Source of the DNA: the human T2T-CHM13v2.0 reference genome, Homo sapiens
Strand: one strand, 5' to 3'
NCBI RefSeq assembly: GCF_009914755.1
Contig: NC_060947.1
DNA: 64,000 nucleotides
Numbering within the stretch: the first letter of the stretch is position 1; each line of letters begins with the position of its first letter. A program made the position numbers and the translations under genes. Under the pieces are notes generated by a model. The model was not told the origin of the DNA and made no database searches. It saw only the letters and a program-made list of their open reading frames with translations. Positions 33,440-47,599 of the stretch are shown one piece after another.

Positions 33440-33850
33440 GTGGAGAATGACACTCTCCTTTGAAATTTATATGGCCATAGCAGGACTTTGGTAATCTGAG
33501 AAGAGTTTAATAAGGGACTGTTTATAAAAATGAGGGAAGGTATAATGAAACCACTGGAACTAGTAATAGAGAAGTGTCACTACTACTCTTAGACTCCTAA
33601 GAATGAAAAGAAGGAGAGTGGTTTCTAGTTACTACATAGAGAGAGAACTGAGAAGAGAAGATTATCTGACAGGAGCTTTGATATTGGGTGATGGAATTTC
33701 TTTCCTCTCTCCCTCTCTTACCAAGGCTCTCATTGGCCAAATCCAACTAGTAGCCAGAGGGCAAAGGAGCCTGTTGATGTAGTCCACAGACATCAGCCTC
33801 CCAAGGAAGACAAAAGTGGAGAGTAGGGCCAAAGAAATAAGCCAAAGACA
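33440..33850 (-). mobile_element. Old ERVL-class LTR (LTR33-like)
   Basis: gagagtttaataagggact-like motif and cattggccaaatccaactagtagccagagggc. Confidence 0.45.
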
Positions 33851-34747
33851 TTCACCACCCTAGACATGGAAGCAAATTTCCTTTGAGCCAAGGAGATCAA
33901 TGCCAGGGATGTCCATATCAGAAAATAAATGAAGGCCTACGTGTTACTTCCCATGCCTCATATTTCTATCTCTGGTGATGTCATTGTAAGGAATCATATG
34001 TATCACTGGAACACCGTCGTCTTCTTTAATAGTGATATCAAAATACTGGAATGTTTTGTGGACCTTAGCAGATAAAATCAGTAGGTATTTATTCATTATT
34101 CCTTAGCGTCAAATACTTGTAGAGACTTCTCTCTACCAAAAAAAGCACGAAAATCTGGCTATGAAGATCATCAAGAAAAAGCCAAGTTATTCCTTGCAGC
34201 TAGCAAGTGTTCAAGAGCAAAGCTACAAAATACAAGTTTTTATAATCTCTCCAGATATAAAATGTTATTTGGCATTTTATAAAGCATCTTAACTAGAACC
34301 CAATATGTATGTTACTCTATTAAGTACACTAGAAATGATTCAAACAGATGTGCATTCGAACTTTAAATAGGAAACCACACCATCGTTAATGGAAATCAAG
34401 TTGTTATATGTAAGTGGGATGTTATGAACCCAGAAGTATGCTTAACAAAAAGTCAGCATGATTCATTGTCTGATCAGGTCTATCCTTAACATGTTTTGTA
34501 ATAAAACTAACTTCTAAAGCTAGGTCTCAATTGTTTTATCTTTAAGTTAGGTCAGTACTCATTCATTTTACCAGGTATTCTAAAGGAAATATTAATAAAA
34601 TTATGGTAAATGCTTTATCTTATATTTTTATGTATTAATGTAATTCACAAAGTTATTTTAAAATTTGTGGAATGATTACAATCCATGATTATACTAATTA
34701 CACCACCTTTAAATATCCCCTATAAAATTGAACATTCTGAAAGTTAA

Positions 34748-35041
<294 letters not shown>

Positions 35042-35238
35042 TAAATCCAGTTTTTCTTTTGATTCACATAGATACATGATTTGCATTTGAGATAGCCAGT
35101 GATGGAAATGAAGGCTAATTACAATCTATCCCAATGGTTGCTTTTCTGACAGAAACGGTATGGTACAAGGTTGGCAAGATGAAGCACTTTGTTTCAAAGC
35201 ATGCAAATAACACTGATTCTTCAAAAAAGAAATCTATA

Positions 35239-35529
35239 GGCTAGGCGCAGTGGCTCATGCCTGTAACCCCAGTACTTTGGGAGGCCGAGAAGGGCAGATC
35301 ACTTGAAGCCAGGAGTTTGAGACCAGCCTGGCCAACGTGGCGAAACTCCACCTTTACTAAAAATACAAAAGTTAGCTGGGCATGGTGGCACGCGCCTGAA
35401 GTCCCAGCTACTTGGGAGGCTAAGGTGGGAGAGAATCTGGGAGGCAGAGGTTGCAGTGAGCCAAGATTGCACCACTGCACTCCAGCCTGGGTGGCAGAGT
35501 GAGACTCCGTCTCAAAAAAAAAAAAAAAA
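35239..35529 (+). mobile_element. Alu, followed by a short (CA)n at ~35541-35561
   Basis: Alu dimer with poly-A tail. Confidence 0.95.
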
Positions 35530-36174
35530 GATTGTGTTTATACACACACACACACACACACAAATACACACATATACCATGACATAATGGAATGGCTCAC
35601 TAGACAAACATCTATGAGTACTCAGTTCCAGGGAAATTGCAGAGAAGAAAAGTGATATTTAGGCTTCAGATCTAGTAGAGGAAACATTATGGACAAAGGG
35701 CATCCAAAGATGACTTTAATTAATGAATGTAAAACGTATTTATTACCATTCTTATAATTTCTCAATTACCCTACGGTGCAGTTGTGTATGGACAATATAG
35801 GTGACAAGACACAGCTTCTTCCTAATTATTCCCATCCTCCACCTACTGGGAAGTCATCCTTGGTTTATTCATTCTTTCTTCTTCCATGCCTGTAAGGGTC
35901 TGTCTACAGGAAGTTCCAAATCAAAGAAATTGGAAACACAGAAAAGATAAATGTCACATAGGATACAATATTTAAAGAAGATCTTCTGTCAAAAGTCACA
36001 GAGGATAAAATATTTAAAGGAGAACGTCTGTCACTGCTATGCTTTATTTCCTTTTAGTGGTCCAACTTTATGCAATTTCCAATTCTGAAGTCAAATATTG
36101 TCAAATATTACAATTTTTATATGACTCTACCTCATGTATCAGAAAGATGCGAGTTACACACATCGACTGGTTTA

Positions 36175-36350
36175 TGTCAGCGCTACTTCTGTGTACTTTT
36201 TGTGGGTTGTTTTAATGTTCACAGTCACCCCCATTTTACAACTGATGAAACAGACACAATATAAGTAACTTGAATAAGGTCACACAGCAAGTAAGTGCTA
36301 GATACTAATTTAGACTTAGGCAGTGTATCTACAGATCTCTACACCATTCT
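36175..36350 (-). mobile_element. MIR
   Basis: ccccattttacaactgatgaaacaga...aagtaacttg...aaggtcacacagc. Confidence 0.75.
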
Positions 36351-37824
36351 TTACTTTGCAACTGCTGTTTAAGCTGGGCTTGACTATCATCACATTCAGG
36401 GGCAAGGGTTAGGTGAGTTTTACTTGAGCCTTTACGTCATCTTTTCTACAAAGATAGTTTAATATATCTTTTCTTTCTTCTATCATTTCCAAAAGGTCAG
36501 ATACAGTTATATAGCCTGCCAATAAAATTGCTCCTAATTGTAGGTCCCATTTGTAATGGAAAGATAGTAACAGTGATAATTCTACATATATACATTAGGA
36601 AAATTCTTCAAAGTCCCAAATTCCTATTGTTATATCATTTGACATCGGGGGTTTCATTAACTCCTCAGGACTCCAGTGTGCTCAGCAGACTCAATTACTA
36701 AATACTATTTTAGAGCACACTGCAAATTGTTCGAATGTATAATTCACTCTAATGTATTTGAAAAATGTGGCTTTTTATATTAACTAAAGAAGAAATATCA
36801 TTCAACAAAAACTTAAGGCTATATAAATCAAAATATAAGAAATATAATCCTTGAAGTTGATAAGGATTAAATGAGGTAGTAGTAAACAGAAGAAAAAGTT
36901 TAACTAGGGCATTTAGTGTAGCCATTTCTTAAGATCCACTGAAAAGTGCCAGTTCCTTACTTGAAAGTCTTCCATGTGAGATTCGGTGTAGTTGTAAGTT
37001 AAATAATATAGTATCTGGAAGCAAATAGGCCTTTATTTATTACAGTTCTATAATTTAAATTTTGCCAGTTGTGTGAACACTGATAAATTACATAGCACTT
37101 GGCTTATTTTCCTTATGTGTCAGACGAGGGGGATAGTCATTCAACTAAATGTAACCAGTATTATGCATCATACTGTCCTAAGAAAAATGGGAAGATAAAA
37201 GATAAAAACATACTGCCACTGTTTTCACAGCTTTTGTAATAGCCTAGGAAGGAAATATACATTTAAGCGAATATAATTATAGCATGGTGTTATAATCCTA
37301 TTAATAGTGATTTTTTTGTCGTAAGTATGGTGCTGGCACAAATAAAAGATATCTTCACTGGAGAGAACAACAGAGTGAAAATCCCTGAATAGAATATACA
37401 AGGTTGAACAGGTTATCAACAGGTAGAAGTGTAAAGGGAAGATAAAGTCAAGCAGAGGAAACTTCACATGCTAAGGATCAGATGAAATAGACGCACTGTT
37501 CAAGGAACTATAAGCCACTTCTTGGAACGTAAGTGGACGGATGGAACATGAGACTAGAGAGGTACAAGACACCCCATCCGAGTGTACCGACTTGATTAAC
37601 CACCCAAAGCTGCTTAGGCAAATGTCTGCTTGTCTTTTCTTTTCACCCTTTCAAACATAACTAATTTTGAGAAGCTCTTACCATGTTTTGCATTTTTTAA
37701 TTCATATTTTGACTGACACTTTAACATAGTATTGTTTAGGAAAAACCAATATTGGCACTGTTTACCAATTATTTGCATGCAAAAATATTTGGCAAGGAAG
37801 CCATACTGTCCAGGAGCAACTGCT

Positions 37825-38372
37825 GTAAATGGTAAGTTAACTACAAAATTGGGCCTAGTATTTCATCCTTTCCTGAATCCATACCCTTTGCAATGTAGCA
37901 TTGCTGTTCTTCTCATGAAAAGTTGGTATCTATTTCCCTGCTTCTTAAATCTGGGTTGGCATTTGACTCATTTTGACCAACAGAGTGCAATTGAAGTGCT
38001 GGCATTTCCTCTCCCAAATGTAGACCTCAAAAGGGCTTGAACACTTTTGCTCTCTTGTTCATGCCTCTGCATTTACCGTAAGAGCACATCAGAGCTAGAC
38101 AGCAGGAGGATGAGACAAGTGGAACCGAGTCAAGTTGCCCTAGTTGTCCCAGATGAAGTTTTCCCAGACTAGCAGACAGCCAGACATTTCGCAGAGCTGA
38201 GCTGAGATCAGCAAAGCCCCTTAGCCAACCCCCAGCTAACTAGAGACACACGAGTAATCCTAGCAGTAAGGTGAAGAACTTCCTGGCTAACATATGTATT
38301 TGAAATAGTATGTTGGTTGTTTTAACCTACTGAGTTTCAAGGTGGCTTATTACACAGCAATAGCTAATATGT
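37825..38372 (+). mobile_element. MaLR solo LTR (MLT1-type)
   Basis: MLT1 3' end ttgttttaacctactgagttt...ttacacagcaatagctaa and internal tttgaccaacagagtg. Confidence 0.75.
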
Positions 38373-38658
38373 GTACATACATATGAATATTTGTTTCTAC
38401 ACAGAAGATGTCTGAAAAATTAAGCCACATTATAAAGATATTTATAAAATATTTTTAAAAGAGCCCTAGGAGTTTTTATGAGAAATATCAAGCTAGAAAT
38501 TATTTTACTGCTGAAATTGAATATGGGCAAAAGTCAGTTTCTAGAGATCTGACTCATGTGCTATTAGAAAAGAACACAGTCATTATATTCCATGCAGTTC
38601 CTCCAATGCAATCTTGCAAAAAAGAATTAACGAAGCAATAGTTTTGTCAGTTTCATAG

Positions 38659-39020
<362 letters not shown>

Positions 39021-39916
39021 AACTTTCAAATATTTCTAAAGCTACCTTTCGTAAGACTTAGTGTTTAACTCTTCTGTTGTAGCCACTGTATTGTAAATGC
39101 AACTAAGGTTGTATTCCTTGCCCAATATGTTCATTTGACGTTCAATTGGAGAAGTTAAAAAAAAAAAAAAGTTGACTTTATTTTTCTCCCATTTGCTAGA
39201 TTTTTACTGTCACTTTAGATAAAAAGTGTGTTTATCTTGTTTTCTTCATTATAAGCTATAATTTCCAGTGGTTTATTCAGACATTTCCAAAACAAAAATA
39301 GTAAATCAAAAATAGTTCCCTGTGAACTAAAACTGTCACCTTTAGTTAGTGTTTCTAGAAAAATGCATTTTAAAATAAAGTTGAATAAGAGCCAAAGGAA
39401 AGTAGAGTTGACAATTTTTTTCTTACAAAGCTCAAAGAAAAAATTTAAAATTGCCCTATGAGAAAATCTTAATAGGTACCTGACATTTCAATAGGAAAAA
39501 TTAGTTATAACTGCTTAAATAGAAGTTTTTACCAAGAGCTTTATTACATAACTACAAAAGGTACCTAATTCAGTGATTCATCTTTATCAGCAAACATTTG
39601 CTAATTGTAAACAATCCTGTACAAAATATTTTTATTTCAAAGAGGTAGCAACTTTCCAAAAATATTGAACCAAAAGGAAATTGAAATGACCTTGGTTTAA
39701 AATATCATTATCAGCTTGAAAAGTGGAAACTATCAAATAGTTAACCAACTTTTTAAAAGATTGGTGCTCACTCACCTGGCTGAATGACCTACCTCTTTGA
39801 ACCTTAAATTTAAATAATGGCTCGGTCCACATTAACCTTCTCTTGATTTTAGACTGTAATATCCAATATGGGAATTTAAGCAAAAACTTAAAGTTACATC
39901 AAAAATGGAAAAATAT

Positions 39917-42900
39917 GGAGAGAGGCCAAGATGACCAACTAGGAACAGCTGCAGTCAGAGGCTCCCACTGAGAAGAACCAAAACCGTGAGTGAATCCTGC
40001 ACCAGCAACAGAGGTGTCCAGGTTCTCTCACTGGGACTGACTAGGCAGTTGGCATGAGAGCGCAAGGAAAAGCAGGGTGGTGCCATGGCCCACCTGGGAG
40101 CCAAACGCGACAAGGGAAGCTCCCACTCCCAGCCAAGGGAGGTAGTGAGTGATTGTCCTACCCTGCCTGGGAAATCTTTCTTTTTCCACAGATCTGTGCA
40201 ACCCGCAGATCAGGAGATCCCACTTGCGAGCCCATGCCAACAGGGCCTTGGGTCTCAAAACACAGCTGTGCAGATTCTCGCAGGCCACTCGGATGGAGAC
40301 GACTCCTTAAGACTGCTCAGTTTCCGGGGGCGGGGGCGGCCATCATCACTGCAGCTGCCTGTTACAGCAAATGACTGAGCTCTCCCGGGGAGGGGCGGCA
40401 TCTAAGAGAACTGCCACCTAAGAGAACTGAGCTGCTGTGGGGAGGGGCAGCAGCCATCACGGTGGCTACCGGCTTACTGAGAGGACTGAGCTCCTGTAGG
40501 GAGGGCAGCAGCCATCACTGCAGCTCCAGTCCACCATTTTTCCCCTTCAGGTTTGAGGGAGACTGGACAGTTTGAACCCAGGAGGAATTCCCTGCAGTAC
40601 AGCACACCAGCTATGGCAAATAATGGCCAGATTGCCTCATTAGGCCGGACTCTGACCCATCCCTCCTCACTGGGCAGGGCCTGCTTGCAGGAATTCCAGT
40701 AACTCCAGCCAGGGGTTTAGGGAAAGAACTCCGATTCCCCTGGACCTGAGCCCCTAGGGGGAGGGGTGGCCATGGTCTCCGCAGATCAGCGGACTTAGTC
40801 TTTACCCTGCTGGCTCTAAAGAATCCGGGAAGCCCAGACAAGTGGGATTCCCCCAGGACAGCAAACCCCCTCGACCAAGGGGCAGCCAGAGTGCTTCCTT
40901 AAGTGGGTCCTGGATCCCGTGCACCCTGACTGGGTGAGACCCACCCCCAACAGCAGTCGCTAGACACCTTATACAGGAAGGTTCCTGCTGGCATCTGGTC
41001 AGTGACCCTCAGGGACAGAGATACTAGAGGAAGGAGCAGGCAGCCATCTTTGCTGTTCTGCAGCCTCCTTAGGTGACATTTCCAAGTGCAGAAGGGACCC
41101 AGGTGAATGGGGTCTGGAGCGAACCCCCAACAAACTGCAGCAGCCCTATAGAAGAGGGACCTGTTAAAAAAGCAAACAGAAAGCAACAACAACAGCATCA
41201 ACAAAAAAAATCCCAATTAAAACCCCATCCAAAGGTCAGCAGCCTCCAAGATTGAAACTAGACAAACTCATGAAGATGAGAATCAAAAAACAAAAACACT
41301 GAAAACTCAAAAAGCCAGAGTGCCTCTTCTCCTGCAAGTGATTGCAACTCCTCTCCAGCAAGGGCACAGAAGTGGACAGAGGCTGAGACGGCTGAATTGA
41401 CAGAAGTAGGCTTCAGAAGATGAGTAATAACGAACTTTACTGAGCTAAAGGAGCATGGTCTAACCCAATGCAAAGAAGTTAAGAGCCATGATAAAACATT
41501 ACAGGAGCTGTTAACAAGAATTATCAGTCTAGAGAGTAACATAAATGACCCAAGGGAGCTGAAAAAACACAAGAACTTCACAATGCTACCGCAAGTATCA
41601 ATAACCAAATAGACCAAGCAGAAGAATGAATTTCAGAGCTTGAAGATTATCTTGCTGAAATAACACCAGCAGACAAGATTAGAGAAAAAAGAATGCAAAG
41701 GAATGAATAGACGCAGAAAAGTCTTGATAAAATTCAACATCCTTTCATGTTAAAAACCTTCAGTAGATTAGGTATTGATGGAACATGTCTCTAAATAAGA
41801 GCTATTTATGACAAACCTACAGCCAATATCATACTAGATGGGCAAAAACTGGCTGTAGGTTTTGGTATGACAAACCCTTGAAAACCAGCACAAGACAAGG
41901 ATGCCCTCTCTTACCATTCCTATTCAACACTGTATTGGAATTTCTGGCCAGGGCAATCAGGCAAGAGAAAGAAATCAAGGATAAATAGGAAGAGAGGAAG
42001 TCAAACTGTCTCTTCTGTGTATCTAGAAAACTCCATCGTCTCACCCCAAAATCTCCTTAAGCTGGCAAGCAAATTCAGCAAAGTCTCAGGATACAAAAAT
42101 CAATGTGTAAAAATCACAAGCATTCCTACAACAATAGACAGAGAGCCAAATCATGTATGAACTCCCATTTACAATGGCTACAAAGAGAATAAAGTAAGTA
42201 GGAATACAGCTAACAGGCTAAGTGCACCACCTCTTCAAGGAGAGCTACAAACCACTGCTCAAGGAACTAAGAGGACACAAACAAATGGAAGAACATTCCA
42301 TGCTCATGGATAGAATCAATACTGTGAAAATGGCCATACTGTATAATTTATAGATTCAATGCTATTCCCATTTATCTACCATTGACATTATTCACAGAAT
42401 TAGAAAAAAAGAAAACTGTTTTAAAATTCATACAGAACCAAAAAGGAGCCCATATAGCCAAGACAATCCTAAGCAAAAATAACAAAGCTAGAAGCCTAAT
42501 GCTACCTGACTTCAGACTATACTACCCAAAACATCATGGTACTGGTAGAAAAACAGACACATAGACCAATGGAACAGAACCAACATCTTGGAAATAAGAT
42601 CACACATCTAATACCCAACCAACTGATGTTTGACAAACCTGACAAAAACAAGCAATGGGGAAAGGATTCCCTATTTAATAAATGGTGCTGGGAAGACTGG
42701 CTAGCCATATTCAGAAAACTGAAACTGGACACCTTCCTTACACCTTATACAAAAATTAACTCAAGATGGATTAAAGACTTAAACACAAAACCCACTAACT
42801 ATAAAAACCCTGTAAGAAAATCTAAGCAATACCATTCAGGATATATGCACAGGCAAAGATTTTGATTTCCTGACAAAAACATCAGTCAATTGCAACAAAA

Positions 42901-42940
42901 CTAAAAATTAACAACTGAGATAGAACTAAAAGGCTTCTGT

Positions 42941-42976
<36 letters not shown>

Positions 42977-43040
42977 ACAAAACCCATCATCAGAATGAAC
43001 AGGCAAACTACAGAATTTTTGCAATCTATTTACCATTAAC
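39917..43040 (+). mobile_element. Older L1PA (L1P3/L1P4-type) with complete GC-rich 5'UTR, ORF1 start, large ORF1-ORF2 deletion and missing 3' end; antisense to DMD
   Basis: 5' end ggccaagatgaccaactaggaacagct, ~60-bp GC-box tandem units at 40300-40530, ORF1 start near 41270, jump to RT-region sequence at ~41705, stops at ~43040 without a 3'UTR. Confidence 0.9.
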
Positions 43041-44439
43041 AAAACATTCTTCCCCTGCATCCTTGCCGTAAGCTTCGACCTCAGCCTTGGATAGACCCAC
43101 CCTCCTCCAACCTGCAATCTTTTCCCGTGTTTTTTTTCTCTTAATCTTGGTCTATTTTTCCTCTCTGCTTCACCAACAGTTCATCTCCCTATTCTTTCTT
43201 CAGTGTCTTCTGAAACCCTAGAATAATTTGAATGGTTGTCTTTATGCCCTCAGTCTCAGCTATTCCATAACAAACTCTCCTTACTTAGAATTTGATCTTC
43301 ATGTTTGTTTACCTGCAATGGTAAACAGGCTTAAGGCTTGTCTCCTTCCCCCGCCCTCCCCATACTTAAGATCAAGTGGGAGGTTTCTATTTTAACATAT
43401 TAACTGATGCCTTCCCTCATTCTTGGAAGCTATATATGTGTACTTCCTCAAGCGTGCTACTATAAAAATACAAGGAAAGAGACATCAAGGATCAAATAAT
43501 GTGTTTCTCAGTAATTCCCTGGAATCTATTGATAAGATTAGAGCCCTGCATTGAAAAATCCTTAGTATATTGAGCACCAATGACATTATCTATCTCGTAA
43601 ATAAGAGCTGGGAAGATTGTGTAAGATACAGTTTGACTCATTCCAAAGGAAATGTTTTTCAACTTCCAGCTGTTCAACTGGAACAAGAACAGTATTGTAA
43701 TGGATTATGGTAAGACACAGTCGTTGTTATGAGCTTCTGACAAAGTACTGTATCATTCCACTCCCACTCTGAGACTAAGTTTCAGAAACCCTATATAGGT
43801 TTAGAAGAATTCCAGAGTTAAGATGTACCTTGCTTGCTAGAATATGGTTTGGGAGGTCAAATCCACTCAGTCACCCCCTCCCTCCCCATCATAACACTAG
43901 CACAGTAGGTTAAGGCATGAATGAGTCAGGTGTCAAAGCAGGCGAGACTGAAAGTATGCTTCTGGGCACTCCAGGCATGATTAAATTGGTATGAAAAGGA
44001 CACGAGAGAGGACATGATATCCAAGGGCTTGACTGGATCCCAGTCATCGTTGGTGGTGACATGGGGATAGAGACCAACAGACTGAATGATTACTTGTATC
44101 AGCAGAAGACTTCAAGAGAGGATGACTATAGGCTTGTCATCCCCGATTTCTGGATGTGACTTAAGTCCCTTTAAATTTAAAGGTTGCTAATGCCATCATG
44201 ACCAACTACCATTGAACATTTTAACTGATGCTCTGACCTCACAGCTTTTTGACCTGCTAAGCTGCAATGACTTTGATCAATTTGCGTCCATGTTCATGGC
44301 CAGTTCATGCTTTCTCACCTACCTCGAACCATCCTACCCCATGGATCACACACAGTGAATTGCTCACTTAAACCACAGTATACTGTTCTTGAAACTTCTG
44401 TCCCCTTTTTAAAATTCAAGTATTATCTACAATGTGACA

Positions 44440-44900
44440 GATATCACATGAGGTTAGATTGAATAATGATTTAGTTTCTGCATTTCTGGAGCTTACTGTC
44501 TCAAGAAGATGAACAACAAATAAGAGATGACAACATTTTACATGCTAAGGTAGAAATAAAGTCAACTGAAAAAGAATTTTAAGGCTAAGCTATAGGAAGC
44601 CCTTTCTGAAGAGATACAATTCAAGGTATGATCTTAAAAAGGAGATTTTATAAAAAGGGAAGAATTACAGATAGCAGGCACAAGATGCACAAAGGGAAGT
44701 AGGGGAAGTGGATGCTAAATGAAGTTAGTGGGCAAAGAAGGATAAGGGGTAAGCCACAGTAGAGATGTTAAACTAAATGTAATAGAGATGCTTTTACAGG
44801 CTTTGGGTAGGAGAGATATGATCTAGTTTGTGTTTTATAAAGATCTCTATGGCTCCTGTCAGAAGACATCAAGGAGGGCAAGAGAAGCAATGGAAGACTC
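44440..44900 (-). mobile_element. L2 fragment
   Basis: ggagcttactgtc...ggaagccctttctgaagag...atgatctagtttgtgtttt...aagatctct. Confidence 0.6.
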
Positions 44901-45916
44901 CAGTGCCTCATGCATTCATTTTAAAACTCTTAGTGGTGGCTAATCTTATTTAAACTAATCTTAGTGGTGGCTACCACCTCACCATCAGGTAAATCTCCTT
45001 CTCTCACTCACTGTTGATCATAATTGCTTTATCAATTGTTAGTCCTGATTTTACCCAGCCTCCGATTCTTTTAGTTCCCTTTTTGATTGCTATGCAATTC
45101 CTGAAGTGGTCATATAACCCAGGCCTGTAGGTCCTCAGGACACATGGCATTTCATCACCGACCCTTTCCTGCTTTGCTCAAATGTCAGGGGAATAAGCCC
45201 CCCTCCTCCTTTTAAAAGCTGACCCCTAAATATGTGCTTTTGAGATAATTGGCTACCAACATCTCTAGGATTTAATTCTCTTCCCTCCTCGTTCACATAC
45301 ACACAGGCATCTAGATATGGCAGGCAGTAGGCATTAGAGTGAGAGAGCAGACATTGAAGCTACACTCAGGCCTGTTTCTCAGACTTTAGTATATATTAGA
45401 ACCACCTGGATGAGCCCGTTATGACATGCATTGCCTGTTAATTCTGATCCAAGTGTACAGAGGACTACAATTTTGAGGAAATAATTCTAGGCTCAGCTTT
45501 ACCACTGATTAAGTAGCCATGAGTACATCAAGGCACATTTCTGAGCATTCATTTCTTATATGAAAATGAAGTAGGTTACAGTGGTTATTCTCTAAGGATA
45601 CTCTCAGCACTCACAGTCCCCTATTCTGTGTCTAGAATCTAAATAAGGCTAGGAAAAAATGCAAACATAAAATGATAACATTGTAAAAGCTAAGAATAGT
45701 TACTAAAAATTAGCCAAAACCCTTTGCTTCTCCAAAGTCGAATAAAAATCAAGTAATGACATGTTATGTATAATTGCCATCAAATAAAAGGAAAGGAATT
45801 TTATCTTAGCCTAAGCTAAGGGTAAGATTTTCAATCTGAAGTCCACAGGGACAAGACCAAGAACAGGAACCTAACAAGTCCTTTGCAATGATCTGAATAA
45901 TGAAACATCCCTTAGA

Positions 45917-46075
45917 TCAGAGTTTCTCAACATTTGTTTGCACATGAAACCTCTGAAGATGTTAGTCAAGTGCAGACTCGTGTGAGGTCTAGGATAGCGC
46001 CTGAAAATGTACATTTCTAACAAAACCTCAACTGGTGCTCCTAGATTGCAGACCATAATTTGAGTTGCAAGGCCT
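45917..46075. mobile_element. MER5-type hAT-Charlie DNA transposon remnant
   Basis: cagagtttctcaac...aggtctagga...catttctaacaa...gaccataatttgag. Confidence 0.7.
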
Positions 46076-46557
46076 TAAGTCTATCCCTCACAGCAGCTGT
46101 CATACCAAATTTTCACTTTAACAACAATGAAAACCTTAACAGAAAGTGTTTGGCACTTTCACAAAAGAACAGATAAGCTTTTCATGTCTTTTTCTTAAAT
46201 CTGTGTTCACCCATTGTTGAGGGTAGAACATTGCGACAAGTTCATTTTTACAGAGAGCCAAAGTAAGATTCCCCAAGGAAGTTTTCTGATATTCTCTATT
46301 GATACAAAGATTGAGCTTAGAAAATGTAGAAGAATGAACGGTCAGCATGAGCCTTGAACTCTGGCTACCATCAATTGTTTCCTGCCAAGATGCATCTCTT
46401 TTCTTTCCTAAAAACTGCCAGTTTTCTCTCTCGCCTGGCTTGTTTGTGCAAGGATCTTCTTTCTTCTGCCCTTCTCAGCTAGAGTCACTGACACACTCTC
46501 CTCCTGTGAGATATGCATCACTCAATACCATGGTAGGAGGAGGAAATTTACAGCAGT

Positions 46558-47110
46558 TATGATGGACTAGAAATGGCCACAAAATTATTTGACACTTCTT
46601 TCATCAAGAGGCAGCATCTAATTCTCCCCTTAAAGCTCGGATTTGTCTTAGCAACTTGTCTGCCAAGTAGAATGCAACGAATATGATGTTATAGGTCTTC
46701 CAAGATTAGATCATTATTAGTAACTTTTAGCCTCTTTATGGGTTTCTTAGAATACTCACTCTGGGAGCCCTAAGATGCCATGCATAAAAACTGACTACCC
46801 TGAAACCACCATGCTGTAGAAGACATCTACAAGTCCTCTGGTTGACAGTCCCTGCTGAACTGAGCCTTTCAGCCATTCTCACAATGGCATTAAGCATTAA
46901 GTGAATCTGTCTTGAACCCTCCAGACCAACACATCCACTAGCTGAATTCTGCCAAGTGATGTCAACTGACACCACACAGAGTAGAAAAATCAATAAGCTG
47001 AACACGGCTGAATTCCTGATTCACAAAATCAGATAAAAAGATAAAAGAGATGTTATTTTAAGCCACTGTACTTGGGGTGTTTTGTTACATAGTAATAGAA
47101 AACCAGAAGA
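46558..47110 (+). mobile_element. MaLR solo LTR (MLT1-type)
   Basis: atggccacaaaattatttgacact...gttattttaagccactgtacttggggtgttttgttacatagtaataga. Confidence 0.8.
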
Positions 47111-47599
47111 GTATCCTAAGCTCCCTCTGGAATGGAGGCTCTGCCTTGAATCACAGCCCTCTCGATCGAGACCTTGATACATGTCCCTCTTCATCGACTC
47201 TTGAACTCTTTCTGGTTCCCTGATTTACTATTGCCTATGTTTCTATTTAACAGATTACACCCTGTCTCCCAGCACTCAGTCTCTTCTTAGTTACACCTGA
47301 ATTTCCCCAGTGCCTGTCCTGCCTAGTCTGTATTTTCTCCTTTTCCTCCAGCCTACACTGCTATAACCTTAGGATACTTTCAACCTGCTGTGAGAAACTC
47401 TATGCAAAGTGTTTCCATGATAATTTTCTGCTCTTTTCCCTTCTGTAGGGAGATATGTTTTGGCTATCTCTACCAGTTTATCTACTTCTAATTTCACTTT
47501 AATCCAGTGCCAGGCCCGGTTGTAAGCACCGAAGAATAAATGAATGACTATTGGATAAGTGAATTAGTGAGTGAATGAATAAATAAATACATCAATGCA

